Assembly: GCF_035084215.1 (NCBI RefSeq) | Contig: NC_090348.1 | Coordinates: 35,898,001-35,962,000, forward strand | Direction: 5' to 3' | Length of the DNA: 64,000 bases | DNA from: Heptranchias perlo | Lineage: Eukaryota | Shown here: piece after piece, positions 29,604 through 43,280 of the stretch | Position numbering within the stretch: position 1 is the stretch's first letter | Layout: every line of letters starts with the position of its first letter | Program-made: the position numbers and the translations under genes | The notes under the pieces: model-generated | What the model was told of the DNA's origin: nothing | Database searches by the model: none | Seen by the model: the letters and a program-made list of their open reading frames with translations, nothing else

Positions 29604-30990
29604 TTTGTTTTTAAAAAAACCTGCAACTTTAAAATAACATTTGCATAATTTAATATGGTACCAAAAAACCTAAAGGAAGCAATGAGAGAAAAAGAGATGT
29701 TCTGGAGCATCCATTTAACCAATACTGGTTACCACCGCTAGAGAAAGTTCTGAAAGGTGTATACGGGTGGGAAGAAGATAAAAGTGGTCTGTCCAGGTTC
29801 TGCATAAGGACCTACAGTAAAATCTGGTAAAAGCTGCATTGATCGACAAGCCATTTCCTACATTTAGGGGATATTTCTCATTCTCACCTTAGATTACATT
29901 GGAATACTCAAGTGAAATTTGTATTTTGGTTTCTCATCTTCGCACAAATCCACATCCACACTTAAATCATAATAATTTAGGCAAGTCCATGAGTTTTTCA
30001 TAAATGTAATATAGTGCTTGGAAACAAAGAAAACCAAAAAAAGTTATCTTAAAATACCATTTTGTGAAAATATGCCTTAACGGCAGAAAATGTCAATTTT
30101 CCTATCATTTAATTATGTAATAGACTGACACCCATTGTGAAACTGTACCTTTCTCAATACACCCTTGACTTTTGTTTTAAAAGATCCTCATCTTCTGCAT
30201 GTTCGATATAATAAGGCATTTTCAAATTACAAAGAATACATCTGTGTGCAAGGGAAAAGACAGCAGCAGGAACAAATAGCTCATGTTTTATTACACAAAA
30301 CAATGTGTGACCAGGTCATGAAATATGACTCATGTTGGTTAAAGTTGCATTGAGCAGCATCATAACAAATATGCTCATATTTTTGTTCATTATTTTAACA
30401 AAAGGTGTCAACCTTCACTAAATAAACAGATTGATGCCTTTGTTAAAAGAGCAGGCAAAACAATTTCCTAGGGATGTTTTAATGCATTTGTTACTGATGG
30501 TGCACAACGTAATTTCAACCTAAGTGGGGGGGGGGACCAGTGGCGACGGTGATCACTGCTTGCTTGCTTCAAATTGGTCCAAATCCAATTACAGACTGCA
30601 GTCATGTTTAGCTTTCATCTATCTAACTGTTCTAAGAGTGCACCTGGCAGATATGCAACATTTATCATCATTGGATTCCCTCTTCATCTTATTGCAATTA
30701 GCATTTAACAAATTGCGCTGTCCACAAATGGCCGTGCGTTTTTGTGCCAATGATGTGCTTAAATACAAACATGTGACTCCAGTGATACATCAAAAGGCCT
30801 TGGGTTTGCAACGGTCTCATTGCGATCATAAAAAAGTTAGTAGCAGAGGGGTACAGTATGTCAGGTTTGTAGTCTGACAGTAGGTAGAATCTCTGAATGT
30901 TAAGCAGCTCACCAAGGCTGTCCGTGTCACCTACTGTCAGCTGATAGCTGACCAGGCTGATTTACTTGATGCTCTAACAAGAAAAATCTA

Positions 30991-31059
30991 TGATGTGGAG
31001 ATGCCAGTGATGGACTGGGGTTGACAATTGTAAACAATTTTACAACATTGGAGTTGTAA
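30991..31059. mobile_element. 69-bp sister copy of the Penelope-like insert
   Basis: Same start as 27624; exact 12-bp TSD aagaaaaatcta at 30979-30990 and 31060-31071. Confidence 0.8.
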
Positions 31060-31407
31060 AAGAAAAATCTAGAGAGTGTGCAAAAAATTGGGCTGAGTTA
31101 CTTTCCTCTGACTGGGAATTCTTGGGTTAACTAACCAAATTGCTGAAAGGAACCAAAATGTGTATTAAAAGGGGATAGACGACAAACATTTAGAGCAAGA
31201 AGCTCCCCTCCATCAGGAATAGGCGATAAAGATGTTTACGAGTCCACATTACTGACAGGCTGCTTTGTCCACTAACAACATATCAGAAATTCACACACAC
31301 ACCACACATGATTTTCCAACCCTGTCAGCGGGAGAGGTTCCCTGCCAGCTATGTACTCCCATAAAATGACCCTTTAGTATAGGTTATGTGTAGCCTGAAG
31401 CACTCAC

Positions 31408-31517
31408 CTGTATAATGATGAGTAGACAAATGCCAGCCCCCATCTCTGCCGGATCTCCATACATGCCAGTCATTACATATACAATAGCCTGACCAATGGT
31501 GATAATCATCCCAAACA
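31408..31517 (-). CDS. SEC61A2: SEC61A2 exon 6, [37 protein letters not shown]
   Basis: cag|...|gtgagt, 110 nt. Confidence 0.97.
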
Positions 31518-31887
31518 CTGCAGAAAAAAGGCAAACATTCAAAATCAGCTACTCCAAAACTATACTCCAATGCCCATTATAATGGAAAATCACATTGCTT
31601 AAAAGCAAAGGGGAAAAAAGTGAGGTGGGGGGGGGGGGGGGAATCCAGCTTAGTAACACAAAATTACTGTCAAATTTTATATTGGTATTTTGAATACCTT
31701 ACATCAATTTTTCAAAATCATTTACATATGCTATATTTTGCTTCCAGATTCTTTTGAAAGCTCATCATATTGAAGTTTCTATAAATTATGCCTCAAAAGC
31801 CAAAAAAGTGCTGGGAACATCTCATTTGTAATTAAAAATTCTTTCAAGAAACTCAAATATACAATGCTTTTTAAATTGAGTGAAAGA

Positions 31888-32905
31888 ACAACTTGCATTT
31901 AAAGAGCACTTTTAATGTAGAAATAAAAAAGTCCCAAAGTGCTTCACAAAATTGTAAGTAAAAATTGAAAACTGAGCCCATGGAGATATTGGGAGGGAGG
32001 ACCAAAATCTTAGTCAGAGGTAGCTTTTAAAGAGGAGAGGGAGGTGGAAGGGTTTAGGAAAGGAATCCCAGAGCAGGGCCAAGGCAGCTAAGATTGCCAT
32101 CGGTAGCATGGGACAAAGGGATGGGGGATGCACAAGAGGCCAGAATCAGAGGAATGGAGAGCTTGAGCGATGTTGTAGAGCTGGAGGAGGTTACAGAGAT
32201 AGGGAGCAGTGAGACCATGAAGGGATTTAAACATAAGGATAAGAATTTTAAATTTGTAACGATGATGGCCCGGGAGCCAATGTAAGTCATCGAGGACAGG
32301 GGTAATTGGTAAACAGGGCTTGGTATGGAAAATACAGGCAGCAGAATTTTGGATGAACTGAAGTTTATGGGGAGTGGAGGATGGGAGGCCAGCCGGGAGA
32401 GCATTGGAATAGTTGATTCTGAAGGTGACAAAGGCATGGATGATGGTTTCAGCAGCAGATGGACTGAGGTGGGATGAAAGCTGGCAGTCTTTGTGATTGA
32501 GAGGAGATGGGATTGGAAATTCAGGATGTCAAGCTTGAAAACAGTCTGGTTCAGTCTGAGTCAGGTGGCAAGGACAATGGCTTTGGTCTTACCAATGTTA
32601 GATGAGATGCATTTTCCTCCAGCCTAAGACCGGATGTTGGGCAAGTAGTATGACAGAGGTAGTTGAGAGTCGAAGTGTTGGAGAGGTAGAACTACGTGTC
32701 ATCAGCACACATGTTGCAGCTGATCCCGTCTGCAGGTGATATCAAGAGTAGCATGTAAACGAGGAAGAGGAGTGGCCAAGGATAGATCCTAGAAGGACTT
32801 GAGGTTAACAGTGCAGGGGCAAGAGAAGGTATTGCTCGAGATACTCTGGCGATGATCAGATAGGCAAGAGTAGAACCAAGTAAGGGTAGTCCCACTGAGC
32901 TGGAC
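31888..32905 (-). mobile_element. L2-clade LINE 3' remnant
   Basis: Reverse-complement tail ..aaatgcaagttgt; similar to the copies at 37330 and 54390; degraded YADD-like peptide. Confidence 0.75.
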
Positions 32906-33206
32906 AACTGAAACATTAACCAATTTTTGACTTTCATCTGTCGTGAATATCCAGCATTTTTTGTTTTTATCAACAGAATCTCCATGTCATTGCTCATAGG
33001 CAGTTTCAGGTGTGGTGCACAGTTAGTGACATTTTGTTTATAATCTGGCTGAAGCCTTTATAGGCAGGACTCTAAATAGGCAAATCCCAGTATTTGTAAC
33101 TACTTAGAAATTGGTCAGAGGGCAGTTGTAACCACTTGAAAATTTCAAGCTCCGATGGATAACTATTTTTCAAAAAAAATTGTTTCAGATTTCCTCTCTA
33201 TAGTTA

Positions 33207-33488
<282 letters not shown>

Positions 33489-33757
33489 TCACAGTTTGAA
33501 ATGCAGTGAAAAGCAGCTTCAATGTGAACTTAAAGCAATTTTGTTTAAGTAGTTCATCAATTTATACAGTACTACCAGTTACTTAAAGATAACTCTCGGT
33601 ACAAACATTCAATTGTATCTGCTCACGACGCAGGGCCTCCACTAACATGCTTCCTCTGTTTATAAATTCTGATGCTGTTCCCTCAACCAACACCAAGAAC
33701 AGATTAACTGGTCATTCAATCATTTTTGCGTATATAATAGTGACTGCACTTCATAAC

Positions 33758-36480
33758 TGTGCTAGGTATGACTCCAGCAACTGGAGAGTTTTCCCCGATT
33801 CCCATGACTTCAATTTTACTAGGGCGCCTTGGTGCCACACTCGGTCAAATACTGCCTTGATGTCAAGGGCAGTCACTCTCACCTCACCTCTGCAATTCAG
33901 CTCTTTCGTCCATGTTTGGACCAAGGCTGTAATGAGGTCTGGAGCCGAGTGGTCCTGGCGGAACCCAAACTGAGCATCGGTGAGCAGGTTATTGGTGAGT
34001 AAGTGCCGCTTGAGAGCACTGTCGACGACACCTTCCATCACTTTGCTGATGAGTGAGAGTAGACTGATGGGACGGTAATTGGCCAGATTGGATTTGTCCT
34101 GCTTTTTGTGGACAGGACATACCTGGGCAATTTTCCACATTGTCAGGTCGATGCCAGTGTTGCAGCTGTACTGGAACAGCTTGGCTAGAGGCGCAGCTAG
34201 TTCTGGAGCACAAGTCTTCAGCACTACAGCCGGGATGTTGTCAGGGCCCATAATCTTCGCTGTATCCAGTGCACTCAGCCATTTCTTGATATCACGTGGA
34301 GTGAATCGAATTGGCTGAAGACTGGCGGGGATATCGGGAGGAGGCTGAGATGGATCATCCACTCGGCACTTCTGGCTGAAGATGGTTGCAAACGCTTCAG
34401 CCTTGTCTTTTGCACTCACGTGCTGGACTCCGCCATCATTGAGGATGGGGATGTTTGCAGAGCCTCCTCCTCCCATTAGTTGTTTAATTGTCCACCACCA
34501 TTTACGACTGGATGTGGTAGGACTGCAGAGCTTTGATCTGATCCACTGGTTGTGGAATTGCTTAGCTCTGTCTATAGCATGTTGCTTCCGCTGTTTAGCA
34601 TGCATGTAGTCCTGAGTTGTAGTTTCACCAGGTTGGCACCTAATTTTTGGTACGCCTGGTGCTTCTCCTGGCATGCTCTTCTACACTCCTCATTGAACCA
34701 GGGTTGATCCCCTGGCTTGTTGGTAATGGTAGAGTGAGGAATATGCTGGGCCATGAGGTTACAGATTGTGCGGGAATACAATTCTGCTGCTGCTAATGGC
34801 CCACAGCATCTCGTGGATGCCCAGTTTTGAGCTGCTAGATCTGTTCTGAATCTATCCCATTTAGCATAGTGGTAGTACCACACAACACGTTGGATGGTAT
34901 CCTCAGTGTGAAGACGGGACTTCGTCTCCACGAGGACTGTGCGGTGGTCGCTCCTACCAATACGGTCATGGACAGATGCATTTGCGACAGGTAGATTGGT
35001 GAGGATGAGGTCAAGTAAGTTTTTCCCCTCACGTTAGTTCGCTCACCACCTGCCGCAGGCCCAGTCTAGCAGCTATGTCCTTCAGGACCCGGCCAGCTCG
35101 ATCAGTAGTAGTGCTACCGAGCCACTCTTGGTGATGGACATTGAAGTCCCCCACCCAGAGTACATTCTGTGCCCTTGCGACCCTCAGTGCTTCTTCCAAG
35201 TGGTGTTCAACATGGAGGAGGACTGATTCATCAGCTTAGGGAGGGCGGTAGGTGGTAATCAGCAGGAGGTTACCTTGCCCATGTTTGACCTGATGCCATG
35301 AGATTTCATGGGGTCCAGAGTCAATGTTGAGGACTCCCAGGGCCACTCCCTCCTGACTGTATATCACTGTACCGCCACCTCTGGTCAGTCTGTCCTGCCG
35401 GTGGGACAGGACATACTCAGGGATGGAGTCATACCTAGCACAAAGGAAGATGGTAGTGGTTGTTGGAGGCCAATCATCTCAGCCCCAGGACATTGCTGCA
35501 GGAGTTCCTCAGGGCAGTGTCCTCGGCCCAACCATCTTCAGCTGCTTCATCAATGACCTTCCCTCCATCATAAGGTCAGAAATGGGGATGTTCGCTGATG
35601 ATTGCACAGTGTTCAGTTCCATTCGCAACCACTCAGATAATGAAGCAGTCCGAGCCCACATGCAGCAAGACCTGGACAACATCCAAGCTTGGGCTGATAA
35701 GTGGCAAGTAACATTCGCGCCAGACAAGTGCCAGGCAATGACCATCTCCAACAAGAGAGTCTAAACACCTCCCCTTGACATTCAACGGCATTACCATCGC
35801 CGAATCCCCCACCATCAACATCCTTGGGGTCAGCATTGACCAGAAACTTAACTGGACCAGCCATATAAATACTGTGGCTACAAGAGCAGGTCAGAGGCTG
35901 GGTATTCTGCGGCGAGTGACTCACCTCCTGACTCCCCAAAGCCTTTCCACCATCTATAAAGGCACAAATCAAGAGTGAGATGGAATACTCTCCACTTGCT
36001 TGGATGAGTGCAGCTCCAACAACACTCAAGAAGCTCGACACCATCCCGCTTGAATGGCACCCCATCCACCACCTTAAACATTCACTCCCTTCACCACCGG
36101 CGCACCATGGCTGCAGTGTGTACCATCTAAAAGATGCACTGCAGCAACTCGCCAAGGCTTCTTTGACAGCACCTCCCAAACCCGCGACCTCTACCACCTA
36201 GAAGGACAAGAGCAGCAGGCGCATGGGAACAACACCACCTGCACGTTCCCCTCCAAGTCACACACCATCCCGACTTGGAAATATATCGCCGTTCCTTCAT
36301 CGTCGCTGGGTCAAAATCCTGGAACTCCCTTCCTAACAGCACTGTGGGAGAAGCCTTGATCACACGGACTGCAGCGGTTCAAGAAGGTGGCTCACAACTA
36401 CCTTCTCAAGGGCAATTAAGGATGGGCAATAAATGCTGACCTCGCCAGCGATGCCCACATCCCATGAACGAATAAAAAAA
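33758..36480. mobile_element. CR1/L2-group LINE with inverted 5' part (33758-35423 minus; 35424-36480 plus)
   Basis: Minus: endonuclease and RT N-half (NYRPISLLS, AQFGFR, LDIKAVFDRVWH); plus: GVPQGSVLGP, FADD, AATAAA and A-tail. Confidence 0.92.
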
Positions 36481-36708
36481 TGTGTTCTTTGGGATATTAT
36501 TGAGACACGTAATAAGGGGCTTTATAAAATAAGTTCTTTCTTTTGCTGAAATACCTCAGGAAAAGGAAGGTTTAATTTCTTGGCTAATATTTGGCAGTGC
36601 ATAAAGAAAGGCTCAAGAGTATGATGTGTAAACTTTCTCTGGAGTATTGCTTCAACAGGAACTTAACAAATTACTGTTTGTAACAAGCCATACATGAAAC
36701 CTGTTCTA

Positions 36709-36798
<90 letters not shown>

Positions 36799-36868
36799 CT
36801 ACAAACAACAATGAGATGTTAGTATGCTTCAAGTATCACTCGTATTTGAGAACCTACTTGAGTTTTTA

Positions 36869-36958
<90 letters not shown>

Positions 36959-37329
36959 CTATGGAATAAATAGATACATTAAAACTAAATGTTTTTCAAT
37001 AATCCAGCTAAAACAGGAAGTTCTCTATAAATGCCAGTTTTGTACATTCACTTAATATGCAGCAGTTACTTAAACTGGGTAATTAAAATGAGATGCAGCG
37101 AAAAGGAAGTTGTGTTCTGTATCAACATCCATAAGAAACATTTACACAAATTTCCCCAGAATAAGTCACTTTGAAATCAAACAAGTACGTCCTCCTTGTT
37201 TTTTAAAAAAATCAAAATGTACATTTGCACAATTTAATGTCTGGTTACTGCAATAATAAAATATGCAACACCTACTTGACAAAATTGGTGGGACTTGCAG
37301 ATAACAGGGCTAAAAAAGACAGGAGCATA

Positions 37330-38470
37330 ACAACTACTTGCATTTATATCGCACCTTTAACGTAGGAAAACATCAAGGCGCATGACAGGAGCGTAATCAG
37401 ACAAAAATTGACACCGAGCCAAAGAAGGAGCTATTAGGATGGGTGACTAAAAGTTTGGTTAAAGAGGTAGGTTTAAGGGGGGGTTCTTAAAGGAGGCGAG
37501 AAAGGTAGAGAGGTTTAGGGAGGGAATTCCAGAGCTTAGGTCCTAAATGGCTGAAAGCATGGCAGGCAATGGTGGGGCAAAGAAAGTGGAGGATGCACAA
37601 GAGGCCAGAGTTGGTGGAAGAGTGTAGGGCTAGAGGAAGGCACAGAGATAGGGAGGGGAGAGACCATGGAGGGCTTTGAACACGAGGATGAGAACTTTTA
37701 AAATCAAGGCATTGGTGGACCCAAAGCTTATTAGAGTTGCGGCAGAGATGAGCATGGATTTGGGAAGACGACAACATGTTCAAGCACATTAAAGAGTAAA
37801 GGGAGGTTGGAGATGGGGTGGTAGGTTGCAAGGACAGAGGGGTCAAGGTGTTTTTTTTTTTGAGGAGGAGGGTGTGATGACAGCAGAATTGAAAGGGGAC
37901 AGTACCTGAGGAGAGAGGAACCACTCTTAATATCAACTAGCATGGGGCCAGGAAGAGAAGTTGGATAGTCAGCAGTTTAGTAGGAATAGGGTTAAGAGAC
38001 TAGGAAATGGGTCGCATGGACAAGATGAGCTTGCAGAGAGCTGGAGGAAGAGATAGAAGAGAAACTAGGAGAAAGATGCAAGTTCAGGGTAGGGCACAGG
38101 GGAACCTTGGCTGGAGGGCAAGGGGAAGGGAGGGATGCGGCAAAGGCAGCTAAACGGGTAGTCTCACTCCTCGTGCAAAGAGTCCACGAGCTCCTCGCAC
38201 TTCTTGTTGGAGGTAAAGATGGAGTGGGAAGGGAAGAGGGGTTTAAGGAATACAGCTGGCAGTGGAGAAAAGAATCCGGTGGTTATCTTTGCATTTCAGG
38301 ATAATCCTGGAGTAGTGAGCAGTTATGGCAGAAGAGCAGGGCCTGAAAGTGCTTGATGTTGTACAGCCAGATCTGGCAATGAAAGACTAAACCAGCTGTG
38401 TGCCATATACGTTCATGTCTGCGCTCCTTGGACTCAAGGGAGCGAAGATGGGGGCCGTACCATGGGGAAC
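37330..38470 (-). mobile_element. L2-clade LINE remnant with internal deletion
   Basis: L2 tail; peptides LDPSVLATYHPISNLP and AFSHLGPKLWNSLPK. Confidence 0.8.
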
Positions 38471-40857
38471 AACCAGAGTGGGAGAGTGCAAGGGTTTTAC
38501 CTACCATCATATAATACGCAATCTACTTATTCTGCTGTTAAATTTGTAGCTGTGTGCAACTTGGTCTATCTCTTTTAGGCCAATTAATGTGCTGTGCTCA
38601 GGTCAATCAGATGTTCAACTGGCTTTTAAAAAAAATTCTATGGCTAATTCAGGCTATAGATCAGAACCTTGGCTTTGTTTATGGGAAGATCAACTAGGAA
38701 CCTACAGATATGTTCCTGCAGAGTTCTTCTGTACATTGCAAATGGCTGTCTTTGTTCCCTTATACTTTTTACAAAAAAAATGCGTGACAAAAATTTTCAT
38801 TAGTCAGTTTGTGACATTTAAAGTATGCTGGACTTCCGTGCTAGCATGAAGTTTTCATAATATTTAATTAAGCTTCACCTTCCCCTCCCCTTTTTAAGTG
38901 ACTCCTGAAATCAATTCCAGTATGAATTATCCAGTAGTTCAAATTAAGCACTTTAAATAACACAACACAATCAATTTGAATTAAGCAACTTCAAATGAAA
39001 AAGGAGTAAACTACAGCAGTGTTTTCTGTGCCTTCCTCAGTCAACTGGAGGCTAATCTGATTATCTGCCAAGACTGGTAATTTAGAAGTCAGACAGAATT
39101 TTTTTTTTTAAAAACACTTTCTAAGTGTGACATAAATTTACACATGTAACAGTAACCGGCACAAAACAATTCTAGACACAGTAGACAGACAAAGATATCC
39201 AATAGCCACCCTTCTAAATAAGAGTTTTAATTTTTAATATAAAGGAACACTCCAAAGAACTGCACAGAGATCAGCAAACTAGACCCCAGTGCTGATCTCT
39301 GGCAATTTCTACATTAAAGTTTAGCCACTGACCCATTTATCACGTAATCTGCAGTTTTTAAGAATTCCTCTCGTTGCCAGCATTGATCCGAGGCTCCTCC
39401 GCCTTCTGTAGCAGATTTTAGTAGTACTAGACACAGTAGCAGTGTTCTAATTTCTATGGATAGATATTTATGCAATTTTAATTGAATATTTTTGGTACAA
39501 GCAAAAATCAGGTCAGGAAGATAATAGCAAGAGGAATTATGAAAGTTCTGACTTGTATTAGAAACAGGTCAGTAGCTAACAATATTAATGTAAGGAAGCT
39601 GGGAATGATAGCTAGTGAGTGATTTCTGAATCTCTCAATATTATTTTATATTGACGTGAACAAATGAATGCCATGGAACAGGATTTTGACAGACTTGATA
39701 AATTCAGTATCACACATAGACCAAGCAGATATGCTTGACATAAATAAGTCTAAAATTAGATAGGCAAGAAGAAAAAAACATCACCTCTATTATAGTAGCG
39801 ATGTAAAAACATGAATGTAGCTTTTGGCTACATATTAATTGCTAGGCATTTGTTCCAATGACACCCTGCCAACACACAGGATCATGTCCAACATGAGCAC
39901 TGAAGTCACTATGACTTTATTATTGCACAAATTATGGCCCTAGAGCATTGCGATAAACATAAAGGCACAAGTTAACCACTTCCTCTTAGGAAAGGTCTCG
40001 CTTGCTGACAACAGTTTTTTCCAATTGCAAACCATGCAGCTCCAAAAGCACTTGGTAATCTCCTCCCTTTCCAGGGGAAAAAGTATATCCTGTTTCAATC
40101 TTATTTCTAATTGAATAGTAATGTCCTCCCTGTTTGGTGCAGTCTGTTGCAAACTTCAAATGCTGCATTTAAAGAACTTATACTATGTGGTCTTCATTAC
40201 AGAACTGTATGTCTGAAGATTGGGGGACAGTTAAATTCTTGATCACCAGCACTATTCAAAAGATCATAGCAGACTCAGCACATCATCCCTTGGGACATAC
40301 CAATGCAGATGGTTCTTCGATATCAATATTTTCTGGCTATTTATATTTTTGAGCTGGATTTACTTCTCCACCAATGTATACCATTACCAGGTCAAAAGCT
40401 AAGCAGGCAACCTACTTCCAAAAATGACCCCACTACTGTCCCAAACTTCAGGGGTGATGGCTGGCTCAGCATCTTCCCCCAAAGGCACATGCAAGATGAA
40501 GAACCTCTGGTGACTCAATAGGGAAAGAGACCATTGTGCCGGTTTTTGCTGATAAAGAGAAATTAATGCTGACTTGCATTACCCTATTTTCTGTCCCCTC
40601 ACTGCCTCAAAACAGATAGCAGGGTAGCCAAGTTTGTGTTCAGAGGCTCTATGGCACACAAAATAGATACTGATGAGAAAGTACAGTGGGCCAATTCCAG
40701 CTCACCATCCAGAAAAAAAAATTCTTGAAAATGATAGTGAGGAACCAACAGCATAGATCTGGTTAAAGGAGATTAGAACACAGTATCCAGCAACATTTAC
40801 AAAGAAGTATGGGCAAAGTGTAAAAGTAAAAAGAATATGAATTAAAATTACATTTAC

Positions 40858-40925
40858 CTTTCTTTCTGGCTTTTGGATTTCAGGTAGAACAGCACAAAAT
40901 GGCTTGATGACTTCTAAAAATTTAA
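40858..40925 (-). CDS. SEC61A2: SEC61A2 exon 2, IKFLEVIKPFCAVLPEIQKPERK
   Basis: cag|...|gtaaat, 68 nt. Confidence 0.97.
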
Positions 40926-42254
40926 CTGTAATAGACAAGAATATTAATTTCAAGCAATCTAATAAAAATTCTGTATCCCATGGGGGTTCCCCCAGCTTGT
41001 AAATGATGCTGCATTTGGGACAATTCTCCCAAGATTTCCCTTCTCTTCCCATTATTGTTAGTAGATTGGCTTTTTTGGTCTGTTTATGTCCAGTATTTCC
41101 CTCAATCCGTGTTGTTTCCAGACAGTGCAAGCTATTTGGTTCTATGATAGCTTTCTGCTCACAATGCTGCAAATGGAACCATTGGGAGAAATGCATTTTT
41201 TTTAAATGTTGGGAGAAAACACTGGAGTTGATGCACAATGTAGCAAATATTAGAAGGACTGATGGAAGCTGTCCCTGTGTGCAAATTGGATTGTGCATTA
41301 AGAAAATCTTATACTGAGCCATAAGGGAGAGCATGGGCTTAGAGTTCAGTTGTGCCGCACTGTACCAGGTGTCTTCATCTGTAGAAACGCATCTACTGAC
41401 AGGAGCTGTTCTTAAACTCAAATCACTGGAAAGGTGGCATTAAACCTTAATTCTCAGGTCAAGAATGTCAGTGTTAAAATAATAAAAAGAACAGGAAGAA
41501 AACAATAAATGAAGTAGGCTGTAAAGTACATATCTCATATGCTATTTTAAAAATACACAAATGGCATTGCCTTAAATGTGTTCAGCCCTTGAGCAAGCCA
41601 CTTCTGAGGACTGGGCCCTCAATCGAAAAATCAATGAGTACTTGATTTAGGCCAGCTGTTTTCAAATTAATTTGATTTTTTTAAATATATGCTGCTATTC
41701 TACAGATGTGATATGAATCTTAAATTATTAAAATGAATACATATACTAGTGGCTTAGTCTGCATTCTTACAAGACAATCATGACTTTGTTCCAAAAGTAA
41801 TTCGTCGGCAATAAAACGGTTTGAGACGTCCTGAGAATATGAAAGGTATTTCGTAAATTCTTTACTTCTTCATACGTGTGAAAACGTTATCAATCATTAA
41901 AACGGATTGAATTAAAACAAGATTCAGGTGGATCCTCCGTCACAATTCAAAACATTAACTATCCCTAATTTTATCTTTCCTACTTGTCTATTCTAATCAC
42001 TAATAAAAGAGCGCGGAGTGAGGAGTGTATTTACTCAGCAGAGATTCACAGTTTTTGGAGTATTAATAGGCTTACTTATGTCTCGTTCAATCAGTTATAG
42101 ATTCTGAAATTAAAGTCAAGGTCTGAGTGAATGCAAGGGAGGGCTGGGTCAATGTATATTTGCCAACCACGGGTGGCAAAAAAAAAAGTGTATAAATAAC
42201 GGTGAATATATTAAAAGTGCAGAATGAGGAGAGGCAAATTCTAAGTATACTCAC

Positions 42255-42261
42255 TGCCCAT
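42255..42261 (-). CDS. SEC61A2: SEC61A2 exon 1 coding part (ATG GGC A)
   Basis: gccATGG Kozak followed by |gtgagt; gives MGIKFLEV, the alpha-2 start. Confidence 0.92.
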
Positions 42262-43280
42262 GGCTGGAACCGTGCGGTGAACGTTGCCCACTCTGCACTA
42301 ATTCAATGCACCTTCTTATTCTGCCTCTATCAGGGGGCCGGCCAGCAGCTCTCCGCCGTCACGTGATCACCTAATATGGACACTTGGGCCGCGTCAACCC
42401 TGGCGACACAACATTGACACTCGGCGTCGGGTCTTTATCATAAATTCGCTCCCTTCAAATATTCCAGTTGCCGTTTAAATATTTCGGAAAACATTTTTTT
42501 TTAAATTTAAAAAAAAAAATCACAAAGGTTAGATTTAATACTTATCGCTGAATGAATTCAAAATTAAGCCGAGGCACCGCCGCCACCTGCCTCCCAGTCC
42601 CTTTAACGCTTCGCCCGTCGCCCGAGACCCAGCCGGCCAGGACGTCAGCGCGCTCCCGCGCGTCACTTCCTGCCTGTCAGCAAACGGTGACACCTCAGAT
42701 TGGCACGCGCCAAAGTTTTGAAATCGGGACTGTTATTTTTGAAGGCGCGGCTTCATGAGCCTCGCGCAGTTTATTTTCCGTTGTTGTTCAAATGGTTTTT
42801 GTGTGGTGAGTTTTTTTTTAATGTAAAGTTAAAGAGGGAACCGTACACTTTTTTTAAAAAAAAAAGTTAAACTACTAACAACAAAATAAATAATTGATTG
42901 AAGGCCGATGTCAATAGCGCGATGCAGGGACGGCTGCGGCGTTTAATGGTCGTTGTGACGGTGTCGGTGACTCGGGTCGGCCGCGTCGTCAACCGTCACT
43001 CCGTATATTTAAATCGAAATAAAATGAGGTAATTTTTTTAATGGAGGATCTTTTCAGCAGAGGTGGGCTCTCGGCGACGCCACGTTGCGGTGGTGCTGGG
43101 AATGCAGGCTCTTTGAAGATGGTGGCGCTCATGAAGCAGAAATGCTCGACCGGCGCCAGCGGCTCAAGAACGACGGGCCTAAAGTGTACTAGAAGCACCG
43201 AATGATCATTGGTGGCGCGGCTCCCAGGAGTTGGCTTAGTTATTAACAAATGCGTTGTCTTCGGCGGCTGCATACGCGTT
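42262..43280. promoter_or_regulatory. CpG-rich promoter region of SEC61A2
   Basis: Dense CpG; CACGTG at 42360-42365, GACGTCA near 42642, composite GCGTCACTTCCTG (ETS-CRE) near 42660, YY1-like AAGATGGTGGCG near 43117. Confidence 0.7.

Noticed and set aside
33751-34674. 307-aa RT ORF as an active retroelement
   Set aside because: It covers only part of the RT; the element is inverted, 5'-truncated and frameshifted
40702-41421. 239-aa minus-strand ORF
   Set aside because: Only the 68-nt SEC61A2 exon 2 within it is recognisable; the rest reads like open intron, and a proper exon 1 exists at 42255-42261
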